A DNA stretch of 64,000 nt from the human T2T-CHM13v2.0 reference genome, Homo sapiens. A model generated the notes under the pieces. The model saw only the letters and a list, made by a program, of their open reading frames with translations. It made no database searches and was not told the DNA's origin. Location: the NCBI RefSeq assembly GCF_009914755.1, contig NC_060937.1; one strand, given 5' to 3'. Position numbers and translations under genes: made by a program. This document shows positions 15,590-29,060 of this stretch, piece after piece (position 1 is the first letter of the stretch; the number at the start of each line of letters is the position of its first letter).

Positions 15590-17230
15590 TAAAAGTGAGA
15601 TTATACACTATATGACCTTTCGTTTCTGGCTTCTTTTACTTAGCTTAATGTTATCAAATTCATTTATATTATAGCATGTATTGCTATGTTATTTATTTTT
15701 TATAGCTGGGCACTATTCCATTGTATGACTATAACAAATTGTGTTTCTTCATTTTTCAGTTGATGAACATTTTGTTTGTTTTCAAATTTGTGATATTATG
15801 AATAATGCTGCTATGAACATCTGTAAACAAGTTTTTGGGCGGATACGTATTTTGATTTCTCTTGGTTATATGTGTAGTACATACATATGTATGAATTGCT
15901 TCAATATATGGTAACTCTATGAATAAAATTTAGGGACTGCCAAACTGTTTTCTGAAGTGGGTGCACCATTTTACAATCCTTCCAACAATATATGAGGGTT
16001 TCAATATCTCCTTAACCTTGCCAACATTTGTTATTATCCATCGTTTAGATTATAGCCATCATAGTATATGGGAACTAGTTCCTCTCATCATGGTTTATAT
16101 TTGCATTTTTATACTGGCTAATGATGTTGAGCATATTTTTATGTGATTATTGGCCATATGCAATAGAAGTTTCCTTCTGCTACTAGTTTGTTGAGCGATT
16201 CTCATAAAAGAGTGTTTGAATTTATTAAATGTTATTATTGTGTGTGTCTATTGAGATGATCATTTTTTGCCTTTAGAATATATTATATAGATATGTTTTA
16301 TTATGTTGAACTAACCTGGCAAGGCTGGAGTAAATCACACTTTGTTAGATTGCGTAATTCTTTTTAATATCTTGCTGAAAGTGGTTTTATACTGTTTTGT
16401 TGAGAACACTTAACATCCGTATTCATAAGTAATATTGGTCTGTAGCTTTCTTTTCTTGTGATGCCTTTGTCTAGTTTTGGTATAAAGGTAATACTGGCCT
16501 CATAGGGTGAATTGAGAATGTTTACACCTCTTCAAATTTTGGAGAAAGTGGAGAAAGATAGGTGTTAATTGTCTTTAAATATTTGCAGAATTAACCAGTG
16601 AAGCCATTTGGCTCTTGCCTTTTTTTTTTTTAATTTTTTTGTGAATGATTTTAAAATTATTAATTCATTTATACTTACTTGTAAGTACATTCATATTTTC
16701 TATGATTCTTGATTCATGTTTTATAGTTTGTATTTCTAGGACTTTGTCATTTTTTCTAGACATGTTACCATACAATTGTTCATACTATTTTCTTATAATT
16801 ATTTTATTTTATCATTTTTTACTGATTTTAGCAATTTGAGCTTTCTTTCTTTTTAGCTTGATCAGTCTATTAACTTTTGTTAGTTGCCAATCTGTTCAAA
16901 GAAGCTGCTGTTGGTTTTAAATTATGTATATATATATATATATATATATATTTCTGTTCTTCATTTAAGTTCTAATCATTATCATTTTATTTTAGCTGCT
17001 GGTTTAGAGTTTAATCTTCTCTTTTTTTAGTTTTTAAAGTGAGACTTTAGATAATTTTCTTAAAATATAGTCATTTACAATTATGTCTTTATCTTTCAGC
17101 TGCACTTTTGTTGCATCCCATAGGCTTTGGTAAGTTTTGTTTTTGTTTTCATTCATCTCAAAGTATATTCTATTTTCCCCTGTGATTTCTTCTGTGGTTA
17201 TTAGGTTATTAGTTATTTAGGAGAGTGTTT
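15590..17230 (-). mobile_element. Old L1M (L1MB/MC) ORF2 fragments
   Basis: tctggcttcttttacttagc...aataatgctgctatgaacat...ctaatgatgttgagcatatttt...gtaatactggcctcatag...ccagtgaagccatttgg; (TA)n at ~16928-16950. Confidence 0.8.
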
Positions 17231-17479
17231 GTGGTTTGAAAGAATAAAATTATTAACAGAATATGATATTTACATAATTAACATAATATTTTTGAAAAAT
17301 ACTGATATATTGGTTTCTCCTAAGAAATAATTGGGGTACAGAAATTGTGTAGTAATTATAACATCAAAGGATGAATGCATTTGAAGCAGTTGATTGAAAG
17401 TAGGTAGATAAGAAGATATTACAGCCAAATACAGGATTACTTTAAGAAAATTTAAAAATTACACTACATAAGAAAATTT

Positions 17480-18010
17480 AATAAAATGTCAGAAATTTTT
17501 TAAAAGACTTCTAAAATGTTATTTAATACAATGTTAGACTAAATATATGAAGCTATTATTAAAATAGAAGTCAGTTATGTTTATTAAATATAATTAAATT
17601 AACTTATGGAATTAAATTGAATTTATTATAATCAATGAATTATAATTACTTTATACTAAAACATTAATTTTATTATAATTTTAATGATTTTATTATATAA
17701 GATAAAATTTATAATATATGAATTCATTATAAAATATTAATTTGAAAATAAAATATTAATCTTGGTGACTCATAATAATTTGAATTATTCAACAAATTAT
17801 AATTAATTTAGAAGAAAATATTAAATTCAAAAGATAAAAATGAAATTAACATTGAATCAAGCTATTAAAAATTTAATAGCATATGAGGTACCACAAGTAG
17901 AATCACATGATTTTATATATTTTATTTTTACTCTTAAATATTTTGTATATATAATTTATAATATTTTTTCAAACTTTTAAAGCTATAAAATTTTGTTTTG
18001 AAATTATTAT
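17480..18010. repeat. AT-rich low-complexity tract
   Basis: Almost entirely A/T with no fixed period. Confidence 0.7.
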
Positions 18011-18961
18011 TTGGTGATCTTGATGATAACATATATTTTCCTATATGAGACAATGAGAAGTAATTTGTAATATTACTTACAAAGAAATTAAACATTTCAG
18101 TTAAGTTTTGAAGTTAGTAAATGTGTTAGATAAGTTGGGCTGACAACTTGGTAAAATGATCCTTGGATGAATTAATTTCCAATAAGTTGGTTTCTGGAGA
18201 GCTTTTAGTAAATGTGGCTAGATCAGAACAGAAAGGAATTTTTAAAGCAACTTATAGTCAATTTCTGTGTGAACAAAGGGTGACTTTCTAACAAAGGGTA
18301 AAATGGTTTTCATGGTGAGATTGAACTTAATTTTCTTTTACTTGCTCTGGATATTAAAATAATGAGATTCATAAGCATAACTGTATATACATGTATATAC
18401 ATTTGCATATTTACGTAAAAGAGTAAGGAACAAAGACAAATGGAGGAAGAAAGAATAAAGGAAGTTTGGAAAGAAGGAGAAATAAAGGGTGCATAATAAT
18501 AGAAAAAACATAAGTTCTAAATAAAGATATATAGAGAATTAGCATTTGCTATTTAGTCTATTTTGAGACATGCTACCTATCTTTCGATCAACATACAGCA
18601 GCTTTGTTAGCACTTTGCAAAATAATTATGCTATTATTCTATTAGTTCCATTTACTCTCATTAGAAGGATAATTAGGTAATAAGATCGTGTCAATGACTT
18701 TATATATTAAGATATTTACTCAGAACGCAATGCATACACACATGAATATACACGCAGATAGAAGAAACATACAATTTTATTCTGTAAAATATTACAAGAA
18801 TAAAGACCTTCAGTAAGAGAAAGAGATAAAACTTAAAATCAAAGTAGTTAATTTTAAAGACTATACAATTCTAAGTTTGAAAGGAAATACTATGAACTCA
18901 TAATATATGTTCTTTTAAAATAATATTTCTTACACCTGTCAACATAAAACGTTGACAATTA

Positions 18962-19550
18962 TGTCAGCTGTTTATTGTTGTACTAAAAAAAACAAAACAA
19001 ATTTTTAGTGGCTTTAAACAACAGCATTAAATTGTTCACAGTTCTGAAGTTCAGAAAGTCAGGACCAGATCATTAGGAACAGCTCAGATCTGCTCCCATA
19101 GCATTGTCTGAGAGGCCTGGTAGAAGCCAGAGGCTCTAAGAAAGTTTCACTCTGGCACCTCAGCTGGAATGGCTCATGTGACTGGGGGGCTGCTGGGAAT
19201 GGCTAAGCATTTTTCTTTTCTTGACCATTTTAAATATTTGGATCCTTATCCTTCATATGGTCTCCCTCTCCATATAGAGTCTTATCCTGCAGGTCTTATC
19301 TCTTCAAAAAGATAGCTCAGGTTTTATGTGGCGACTGGCCTCCCAGAGAGCAAACAATGGGAGCTGCAAGGTCTCCTAAGGCCAAGGTCTGGAAGTCACA
19401 GCATCATTTCCACCACATTATAAACGGCCTTCACATACACAGTGGCTGAAGAAATAGACCTGACTTCTTGATGGGAGGAGTCAAAATTTCATTACCCAAA
19501 AGTGTACGTGATGGAACTGTTGCCTCTACCTTTGGAAGCATTCTACCACA
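18962..19550 (-). mobile_element. MLT1G/H/I-type MaLR LTR
   Basis: tttagtggctttaaacaacagc...gttcacagttctg...ggagctgcaaggtctcctaaggcc...ggaagtcacagcatcatttccaccac...cttgatgggagga...ctaccaca. Confidence 0.75.
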
Positions 19551-19870
19551 ATCAAATGGCAACAGAACAGGCACTTGTAGCATGAATTTGAGTTAGCTAG
19601 ATAACATTCCCCATTAAAAGGAACCAGGGCTTTTAAATAAATGGCCAAACCTAGTTGTAGACAGAAAACATCCAAAATAAATTTGTAATATCTTAACATA
19701 TCAGGAAACAAAGAGAAAGACAATCATGTAGTGTATGCCTCTTGATGTGATGCTTTAGAAAGTACATAGCATATAAAATATTCTTTCAAAAAATTATGAA
19801 TGTTCAAATATTTAATTATGACAAACTTACTGGAAATTCAGGAGTCAGAGGAACATGTTAAACAATAGCA
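19551..19870 (+). mobile_element. L1MC4/5-like 3'UTR fragment
   Basis: ccattaaaaggaaccagggct...aaatggcc...tgcctcttgatgtgatgc. Confidence 0.55.
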
Positions 19871-20462
19871 TTTTGACAGCATACCAATATCGTGCTAATT
19901 TGTGTTAGAAACTAAGTTTTATAATTAATTAGCCTTATATTTTTGAGAAAATTATTATATAGAGACAAATCAGTTGTCTATATCATGGAGGTAAAAAGAT
20001 ACAAGTTTATGAATACATAGCTTATGCATATAAAAATATAAATTGCATAAAACAGTAATTAGCATAACAATGCTGCCCAGGAAAAATAAATTCCCTTATC
20101 TGCCCTCTTCTATTTTTCCTAACTTGCCCAATAATACCAATAGTCAAATTCTCTCAGAGTTGGCTGTGGTTCCAAACAAAAATTGATCTTTATGGCTGCT
20201 ATTCGTCAATAGAATAAGCAGTAATTCATTCAGAAGATATCTCTCAAAAATAGATTATTTTCTAATGTGTAATGAATAGCCAAACAACGATCCCAATAAA
20301 AATCAAAGATTTCTCAGCAAACGCAGAAAACAAACAACTGCCCTAGCTTCTATTGCTCCAATGAACCACCTGTCTACTTCCGTTTCTCTCCTGGTACATT
20401 AGATATATTTCCATGTTGTTTAGCAAAGACCAACACTAGCAGATCCCATTCCCTCTCACCTA

Positions 20463-20565
20463 CTCTGACACTGCTCCCACAATCCTCCTCTGACACTGCT
20501 CCCATAATCCTCCTCTGACACTGCTCCCATAATCCTCCTCTGACACTGCTCCCACAATCCTCCTC
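20463..20565 (+). repeat. 25-bp minisatellite, 4 copies
   Basis: Unit ctgacactgctccca(c/t)aatcctcct starting at 20465, 20490, 20515, 20540. Confidence 0.95.
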
Positions 20566-20619
20566 ACTCTCTCCAGAATCATTCTCTGTTCTCTGCACTT
20601 TCTACTGAATTTTTAACCA

Positions 20620-22335
20620 CTATTAGGCAAATATCAGACCATCATTCTATCTTAAAAATAAAGCTCTGTAACCCTATTTTCACCTGCACATAATTGCTCA
20701 TTTTACTTTTTCCCTTATATTAAAACTCCTCCAGTTTGACATAAACTTCTCAAGACTTGTTCATAGTCATTGTGTCCAGATGAGTCTTCTTTGCTGCTTC
20801 ATCCTTAGCTCCCAACCTTTTTCATAATGTAAACCTCCAGGGCCTAGACCTTGGTCATTTTTTCAATGCTCACTTCTTTTTGGTTGTCTCAAAAACAGTC
20901 TGATAGCTTTAAACTATCTAAATGCTCCAAATAAAGACCATTCCAAATGTACAACTCCAGGACGATTTCTCTGTACTCTAGACCTATATACTCAGTTACC
21001 ACTTGGATATCTAATAGGTATTTTGAAATTATAATGTAAAAGCCTGAACTCTTGATAGCTCTAACTTCAAATATACTATTCCTGCAATCTTTCATATTTC
21101 AGTAAATGGCAACTCCATTCAAGATTAATTTTTAAAAAATAATTATTAATTCCTTTATTAATCTTGTGCTAACATTTAATCCGTCAGAAATCTACTTTCA
21201 ACGTATAATTTTAAATCAAACCAATTCCCAACCTTTTTATGGTGGATGGTATTTTGATATCCCTCCCCGATTTCCTTTATGGAGTCAACACCCACACCCT
21301 AACTTTTTTGAATGTTGCCCCCAGTTGACTAAAGAAATGAATGTTGGAGGGTGAGAGCAGGTTAGATCTCATCTACTTTTCAGTTGGCTCAAATCAAATT
21401 CATACTTACAGAGCCATAAAACAACTCTGAAATGTGGTTTGTGCTGCAGTGCCTACTCCTGTTGATTGGGTCAATGTCAGCGCTTACCAGAATCATTTTC
21501 CTTAGTTTCCACTCCACACCCTGCCCCTTCTGTATCATGCTTCATTCCATACTTTACAGGGTATCTGTTTCGTTTTTCATGAAAATTATTTCTTCAGCAA
21601 TTTAGGCATACTACATTCCTATCTCTGATCTAGATAGTTAAAATATTTTTCTTTCTCATTGCTTTCACTCTTTCCCTTCCAGTTTTATCGCCAATACAGC
21701 ATCTAGCATATCTGTTAAAACAAAGGACGGGTCATTTTATGCCTCTACTCAAAATATCTCAGTAGTTTCTCACATTATTCAGGATAAATGCGTAAGTAAC
21801 TACCTTGGCTTAAAAAGCATGGCATTATCTGAAGTCTACCTTCTCCTTTCCTATTTCTCTTCAATTCACATAATAATCTCCCTGGATCACTCCACTTCAT
21901 TGACACTAGCCTTCTTGAAGTTCCTTGAGATAATGTCATATTTGCAAACTCAGGGCCTTCACACATGTTCTCTCTGCCTGGATTGTACTTCTCTAGGATA
22001 TTTGTCTGGTTTGCACCTACACGTCCTCCTGATATTTAGTTCTATGTTAATATTCCACCATGATATTCCATGACCACTTTAATTAAAAGAGCAAACCCAA
22101 CTTTTTACTCCATGAACATTACATATGCCTTTTATTACTTTTTTCAAAAGCTCGTAACACATTCTAAATTGATAAATATCTATAGCTAGAGCTATGTGTA
22201 TTTGTGTGTGTACTTAATTTGTTTACTGTTACTGTCCACTCACTACAATAAAAGATTCATGAAGACTTTAAGTTTTAACTTTCATTCACTGATCTATCAT
22301 CATTCCCTAATAGGTTCTCAATAAATATTTGTTAA
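20620..22335 (+). mobile_element. L2a LINE (fragmented), with probable LTR16-like insert ~21240-21550
   Basis: ttccaaatgtacaactccag...acttggatatctaataggta...cagtaaatggcaactccattc; cagggccttcacacatgttc...tgcctgga; ends ctcaataaatatttgtt. Confidence 0.75.
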
Positions 22336-24139
22336 TACAAAAACCAGTTCAGAGAGCTTAGCGTTAAAATCTTATCATTGTAGCTACAACTCTATTTGAT
22401 TCCATAGTACATGTTACTTTTAGCAACAATCTTCCACTGCTTACTTGTCAAAATTTAGATTTAGGTATTTAAGAAAAAGTTTAAAACTACTTTTTACATT
22501 TTCCCCTAATGGCATAAAATATGTGCAAATGTCATTTGTTTTGCATTTCACAATTATTCAAGATGTAAATGAAAGCTAAACTTTATTAATGCTATCAAAG
22601 AGCTGTAGCTGTTTCATTTTCTTCTCATCACCACCAAATCATCTTATTAAAATGCCCCTCCATGCATTATTTTTCTATAACTTTATATGACTACAAGCAC
22701 ATCAGAGATATTTTCATGTTGAGTCACGGTTTAAAGGTTTGCATTTATTTATCATTTTCCATTTTCTTTATTTCTCAATAGACATAAAATTGAATGTATT
22801 TATTATGTACAACATGATATTTTGAATAATAAAGATTTGTAATCATGTTAAAAAAAAGAGCTGTAGCTAACACAAACCCACATGCATTATTTCACAATAA
22901 AGGGAAAGGAAACAAAATCTACCATTCTCAGCTTCTAGTTTTCACTTTTCAGCACTGTGATATTACAAACCTTGATTTTCTTCTCAATACAATTATCTAA
23001 AATATGTCAAAGGTATTGTTTTATGGCTATAGAATATATGGAGATGATATTGAAACCTTGAGACATAACTTTATGCATTGCTAGGCTATCCCAGAGGTTG
23101 ATTATTGCTTTAGTATTTCAATAATTTTTCTTAAAATATATATATATATGTATATGTATACATATGTGTGTCTGTGTGTATATACATACAGAGAGAGTGA
23201 GAGAATATACAAGCAATTGAAGGCCATAAAGGTATTGTTAATTGTCATTGAATTATTGTTAGACATTTTCCTGATACAAATAAAGTATTTATTATTGTCA
23301 CAAAGAGGCAGCTATTTGCACAAAATAATCTATTTATTTGATGTTGACTAGTTGTTTCCATGTCAACTGCATTCAATAATGAGGCTTAGTCACCATATGG
23401 TTTGTAGAACAATCTGTGTACTCCATGGACTAGCATATTGATGCAAATGAAAGCTTCTTTCCTAAAAGGTTAAAAATGACAGAAATATATATATAATATA
23501 TCAACTGAATTGCCTAAAATGTATGTTTCCAGCTGTTTATGTTCAGCGCTCGTGGTTAGTATTATAGAATGACATTTTACTCTAGGTAATAAACACCAAA
23601 ATGCATTGAACAGATTTTTTTTTTCAAAGAAGGAAACAACAACAACAACAAAGTTTAGTGATTAAGTCGATTTCACCAGAAATTACCTTACCACAATACT
23701 CACTGGACATTTTAAGATACCACCGTTAAGTACATTCTAGTACATAACCGTATGTAATGTTTTTCAAGCTTAAAAATTTTTTGCTCTATTTATGGAAGAA
23801 ATTATAGTGTATTTTAGTAGTAAAACTTTTAATTCATCTAAAATTTCTTTCCTATAACCCAGTGGGAATTAAGGCTACTTCCATGAGTATAACTCTTTGT
23901 TCCAGGACATTCTTGCCCAGGAAGATACGTTTATAAAGAGTAAGTATTCTTTATGCTTATACAGAAAAGTCTTTCAATCTAATTGATTGGATCAAATAGT
24001 TTGCTCATCTGAGTAAATACCTCCATTCTCAGAAAAAATAACTTTCTCATTCAGGCATTCAGCTCATTTATCAACAGTGTTTAAGTTATCAAGACATATT
24101 TAAAGACCCTTGGCTTTCTGAGACCATAAGTTCTAACAT

Positions 24140-24370
24140 TATGCCACAATATCAAATTTTCCCAATTTCATTTAGATATTCATACCAAAAGACTCAAATT
24201 AAATCTCTTGAACACAGACCCTCCTCCAAGCCTATGAATATCCACCCATGACTTACTTGAGACATTACTAAATCTCTGTCAAGATAGTGTTCTCTCTTCC
24301 TGCAATAGGCTTCATAAACAGCTTTATTTAATCAACCGTTGTCATTTTGGTAAGTACGCTGTCAGCCAAC
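24140..24370 (+). mobile_element. Old ERV1-type LTR 3' part (MER89/90/92-like)
   Basis: gagacattactaaatctctgtcaagatagtgttctctc...ataaacagcttt...atcaac; similar motif order to 39300-39543. Confidence 0.45.
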
Positions 24371-24386
24371 CCAGTGGACTCAGGTA

Positions 24387-24525
24387 CAGATTGTCTTCAA
24401 CTTAACAGTTGTTTGACTTAAGATTTTTTAAAAAATTTATGATGGGTTTATAGAGGCATTTTTGACTTACAATATTTTTTACTTAATTATGGGTCTCTCC
24501 CTTATTGTAAGTTGAATGGCAACTG
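24387..24525. mobile_element. MER47/Tigger5-type MITE, internally deleted
   Basis: Imperfect terminal inverted repeats cagattgtcttcaactta ... taagttgaatggcaactg; ta on the left flank; gacttac/gatggg subterminal repeats. Confidence 0.65.
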
Positions 24526-24635
24526 TCCAATTGAAAGCCCATTTCTCTGGGGCTCAAGCAGCTTTACTTAAAACTCAGAATGCTCCTCTGAGATTCCTTT
24601 GGCCTTCTTCTTAGGAGTCCTTCAACTGAAACAAT

Positions 24636-25245
24636 TATTGTGACTCTTTTGCTACTGTAGTTTGGTGATTGGAAGGGAGTGGTGCCCAACAACTTCTCCA
24701 GTCCCATTGTTTACCAAGTGGGAGGGAGGATTACACCTCTTTTACTTCCACTGCCTGCAGCTTGGTGAGCAGGAGGGGAGTGTTACAGGTCTTTCACCCC
24801 AGCAGTTTGGAAAGTTCTGGGTTATTGTCCCATGACCAAGAGAAATAAGGTAGGTGGACACCAGAGAGTGAGAAAGGCAGAGTAGAATTTTACTGAATGA
24901 CAGAAATAAAGCTCTCAGCAAGGACAGGGGACCTGAAAGCAGATGCCATCTGTGAGGCTGCGTCTGGGGTTTTTATGGGCTTAGAATGGGAAAGGGCATG
25001 CTTGTTGGTCCATGAGTGGTCTTGGAAAAAGCACCATTTGATTGATTAAAAGGCATCATTCAGATAGAACCAACAGAGACAGTGGGTAAGATGTAGATAG
25101 AAGTTTTCACTCCAGTTGTGGACTCTATCTGGAACTGGCAGCAGCTCAGTTTTCAGGCTTCAAACTGTCATTGGCTTAAACAGCAGGTTTCAGTGGGGAC
25201 CCATCCCTGTCTGCCTAGGAATTTGTTGGTTTCCTGTCACTATCA
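24636..25245 (-). mobile_element. LTR27/LTR28-like ERV1 solo LTR
   Basis: Minus strand starts tgatagtgacaggaaacc...aattcctaggcagacagggatgggtcccc; flanks caat/cgat are consistent with a 4-bp TSD after CpG decay. Confidence 0.8.
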
Positions 25246-25332
25246 CGATGAGATAAATCATTCAATGATTTGTGCTCTGATTTCATCTTGCCATGCTCTG
25301 AATTTTGACTTTATTTTGATTTATAAGGTTGA

Positions 25333-25629
25333 TTTTTTTTTTCTTTTTGAGATGGAGTTTCACTCTTGTTGCCCAGATTGGAGTGCAGTGGCACAATCAC
25401 AGCTCATTGAAAACTCCCCCTTCTGGTTTCAAGTGATTCTCCTGCCCCAGCTTCCCGAGTAGCTGGGATTACAGGCGCCTGCCACCACAGCCAGCTAATT
25501 TTTGTATTTTTATTAGAGATGGGGTTTCATCATGCTGGCCAGGCTGATCTTGAACTCGTGACCTTGTGATCCACCCACCTCAGCCTCCCAAAGTACTGGG
25601 ATTACAGGTGTGAGCCACTGTGCCCAGCC
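25333..25629 (-). mobile_element. AluS element
   Basis: Complete antisense Alu; TSD-like aggttga/aggatga. Confidence 0.95.
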
Positions 25630-27008
25630 AGGATGAAAATATTTTTTAGTGTTTCTTTCATTAACTCCTCTGATTTGGAAGCTTTTATCCTTGATGCAAA
25701 TCTACCTAATTACTAACAACACTATTCTTTCATTCTTTGATTGTCCTTATCCATTTTTGTGTGTCTTTAAGCAAATATTCACAGCTAAGAGAACATACAT
25801 AGGATGGTAGCATCAAAAGTTCTCATCAGATTGGCCACCTTTTAAGACAAATTTTGCCTTGGGTCATCTATTAAAACTTATGAGTATTGAATTCAGACCT
25901 GTCTTATAATATCTGTAGGAATATGGCCTTGTAAAAAACCTCCTTGCCATATTTTTTATCTGCCAAGAATAGTAGATTTTTGGATGTTACTAGAAGAAAT
26001 TATGCACCACTTGTTTCGACCCCAATAAAACCCAAGGTATAAAAGTAATATATCATACAAACTGTTGCCAAATTTTCATGAGTTTAACTGATTCTAAGTT
26101 TACTCACTCATGGATAGTCTCCTATGATCCTTTCTTAACCTGTGCTCTACCCGTCTTATATAACTATTTCTCTTCCCTGCAGGCCATTGAAATAATACTT
26201 CAAATGTATTACGGTTCATATTAAGCACTTGTCTTTTTCAAAGTGATGAAATACTGTTAGAGACTTTTTAATGGTTAGACAAGATACACAGACATTTAGA
26301 GATTATTTAGAATAGTTCCATTAACATATGATCTAAGGCTCTAAAATATTTATCCATTTGTTTATAGGTTAGTAGGGCCCTCAGATTAAAAAAAAATTAA
26401 TGGAAAAATCAGAATGAAAAAATCCTGATAGTCACTTCAGAGGTCATGAATTCAAGAGACAACATCTTTTGGAGGCCATCCCCAATTCTTTCCTATGAAA
26501 ACAAAGCTCTAATTCAGTTTTTAAAGTAGTAAAGGATGAATTCACAGGAGAGTTCAAGAGCAAACTCTAATGCCTTAATAGAGATTTGAAATAGATCCCT
26601 AAACAAATGATCCAGCTATCTCTTTACTTTTTAAAAAAATAAACTCAAACCAGAAATGTAAGATTTACCATAAGAAACAGTCCCATTCTCAAGTCTCCAA
26701 ATCCTTGAAGATTCTGGAAGGGCTTTAGGACAAAAGCAGAAGAAACTGATGACCCAAGAGAAACAACTAGATTCTTACACTCCAGTGATCAGACATCAGT
26801 GGCGAGATTCACTTGATGAGGCCGTCTTTTGATATTATAAGCAAAAAGTATATTGAAAAAAACAATTGTCTTGCACTAGCTAAGAATCTGAAGAGAAAAA
26901 CTACAGTAAATGATCAATGAACATCTTCTGAGGGAGAAAAAATGATCCAATTTTTCTTTTTACTTTTAAACTTAAAAAAATAAATTTCTCCAAATATAAA
27001 AAGTCAAC

Positions 27009-27520
27009 TGTGATGGTTAAATTATTGTATCAACTTGATTGGGCCACAGGGTACCCGTATATTTAGTTAAACATCATTTCTGGCTATTTTTATGAGGGTG
27101 TTTCTGGATGAGATTAATATTTGAATGAATAGACTGAGTATAGCAGATTGCCCTCTCCAATATGGGTGGGCCTTATCTAAGCCATTGAAAGCCTGAATAT
27201 AATAAAAGGCTGAGTTGGAAAGAATTCTTCCTCTCTTACTTGAACTCTGTCTCATACTTATATCATTGGCTCTCCTGGTCCTCAGGTTTTGGACTTGGAC
27301 TGAAGCTATATCATCAGTCCTGATGGGTCTCCACCCTGCCAACTGCATATATTGGGGCTTCTCAGCCTCCAGAATTGCATAATCCAAATGCTTATAGCCA
27401 TCTCTTCCTATATTCTCTATTCTGTATCTATATACCTATATCTATTATTTACCAATTAATCAATTTATCTGTCAGTCTGTTGATAATATATAGTTTTTCT
27501 GGAGAACACAGACTGGCAAA
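27009..27520 (+). mobile_element. MLT2 (MLT2D/B-like) ERVL solo LTR
   Basis: tgtgatggttaaattattgtatcaacttgattgggccacagggtaccc...tttctggatgagattaa...tctggagaacacagact. Confidence 0.85.
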
Positions 27521-28719
27521 TAGCTTTTTAAAATTTAATTTTGTAAATGTATAATTTAATTTCTAGGAACACTGCAGTAGTATCCTTAAGCCATAGTACA
27601 GTGCACAACATACCCCTCAATAAAATACTCAGTTGGTATCTCTAATAACCCTCAGTCATTACTATGTCCCACACCACAGATATTGTCACTGAATATTTCA
27701 ACAAAATATATTATTTCATTTTTTTGATAACACTTTCAATAAATTGTAGGATATGATATTTGGAACAATTATAATTTATAAATCAAGTGTTTCTCTTACA
27801 TATTTTTCCTTGGAATACTGATAATCAGTATTCGTAGCTAAACTGAACATTGTCTTTGATATACCTGTAACCATGTGTCTGACTCAAACCCTAAACAGAT
27901 TTCTAGGTCACCACGACTTGAACTGTACAAATTATTGTGATATAGGCAAAAATAAGGCAACTGAACCCACTAAGCTTTAGATTGATCCATTTAATTTCTA
28001 CTCAAATTTAAGCACTATCTCTAAAACCTAAAACTAAAGAAGGACTAAAGCTAATCATTGAAGTCTATGGGGAAAAGTATTCATCATATCTTATACCAGT
28101 TATTGTAATACTATTTTCTAAGATACCAAATAGATCTGGATATACATATATTTAGAAGTGATATGCTAAATAGCCATTCTTTGTCTCGCTGTATACAAAC
28201 ATAAATACTCTTTAATTTTGATGTCCCTGTTGTCTTCATGTTTTACAGTCATACATGCATGTTTTGCTTCTTTATGATCAGTAAATCAAAATAGCCAATA
28301 TCTGTTTTCCTTTTAGTGGGAAGGCCAACAATCTTCCATCTAGTTATGAATCATGGGTTTAGAGAAGCCTCGTCATATTTTTCAGAATTTATTAACTAGG
28401 ACTTAAATGACCTTAAGTTTTCTTGTAATTTTTCTTTTAGTCAATATGTGGGTAATCTTTTGCTAGATACCAATAATAGTTGAGCTCTAAGATTGATTCC
28501 ATTTGTCAGTTTGTATCTTTAGTCCATATAGGACATATATACCCAAAAAAATAAATAGCTTTGTTTAAACAAAGTGAATAATTTAGAAAATGATTTATTC
28601 CAGTGTAATTTCTTCATTCCTGACATGCAACTTCCTGCTTAAAACTTTAATGTCAATTATTGAAAGATGCAATAAATGAATTAGGAATTAACAGAATTAA
28701 TAAATTCATATTAAATAAA

Positions 28720-29060
28720 AATTAAAATAAGCTTTTAAAATATGCTCAAATAACTAAAGGCATATCTAAATTGAGCCAGTTGAATTAAAGTATAGCAATG
28801 ATTTCCACTAAAGAGAGAATATCAATAAATATATGTGTGTGTGTGTTCTTGTGTGTGTATACACACAGAACCAAATCGAAGTACAACTGAAAAATGTCTT
28901 AAATCTGTAGAAAAACTCAAAAGCATGTTTGCGATGATGAAATAATCAGCATCTGATCTGAGGAGCAGAAAGATAAAAAAGGATAAAGAAAACTTAGAGC
29001 CTCAGAGACCAAGAGGAAACCATCAAGCAAAATAACATGTGCATAACAGTAATCCAGTTG
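28720..29060 (+). mobile_element. Old L1M ORF1 remnant
   Basis: aaagagagaatatcaataaa...agaaccaaatcgaa...agagcctcagagacc...ccatcaagcaaaataacatgtgcataa. Confidence 0.5.

Noticed and set aside
20463-20565. 25-bp repeats as a CRISPR-like array
   Set aside because: Units are directly adjacent with no spacers, there are no cas genes, and the context is human
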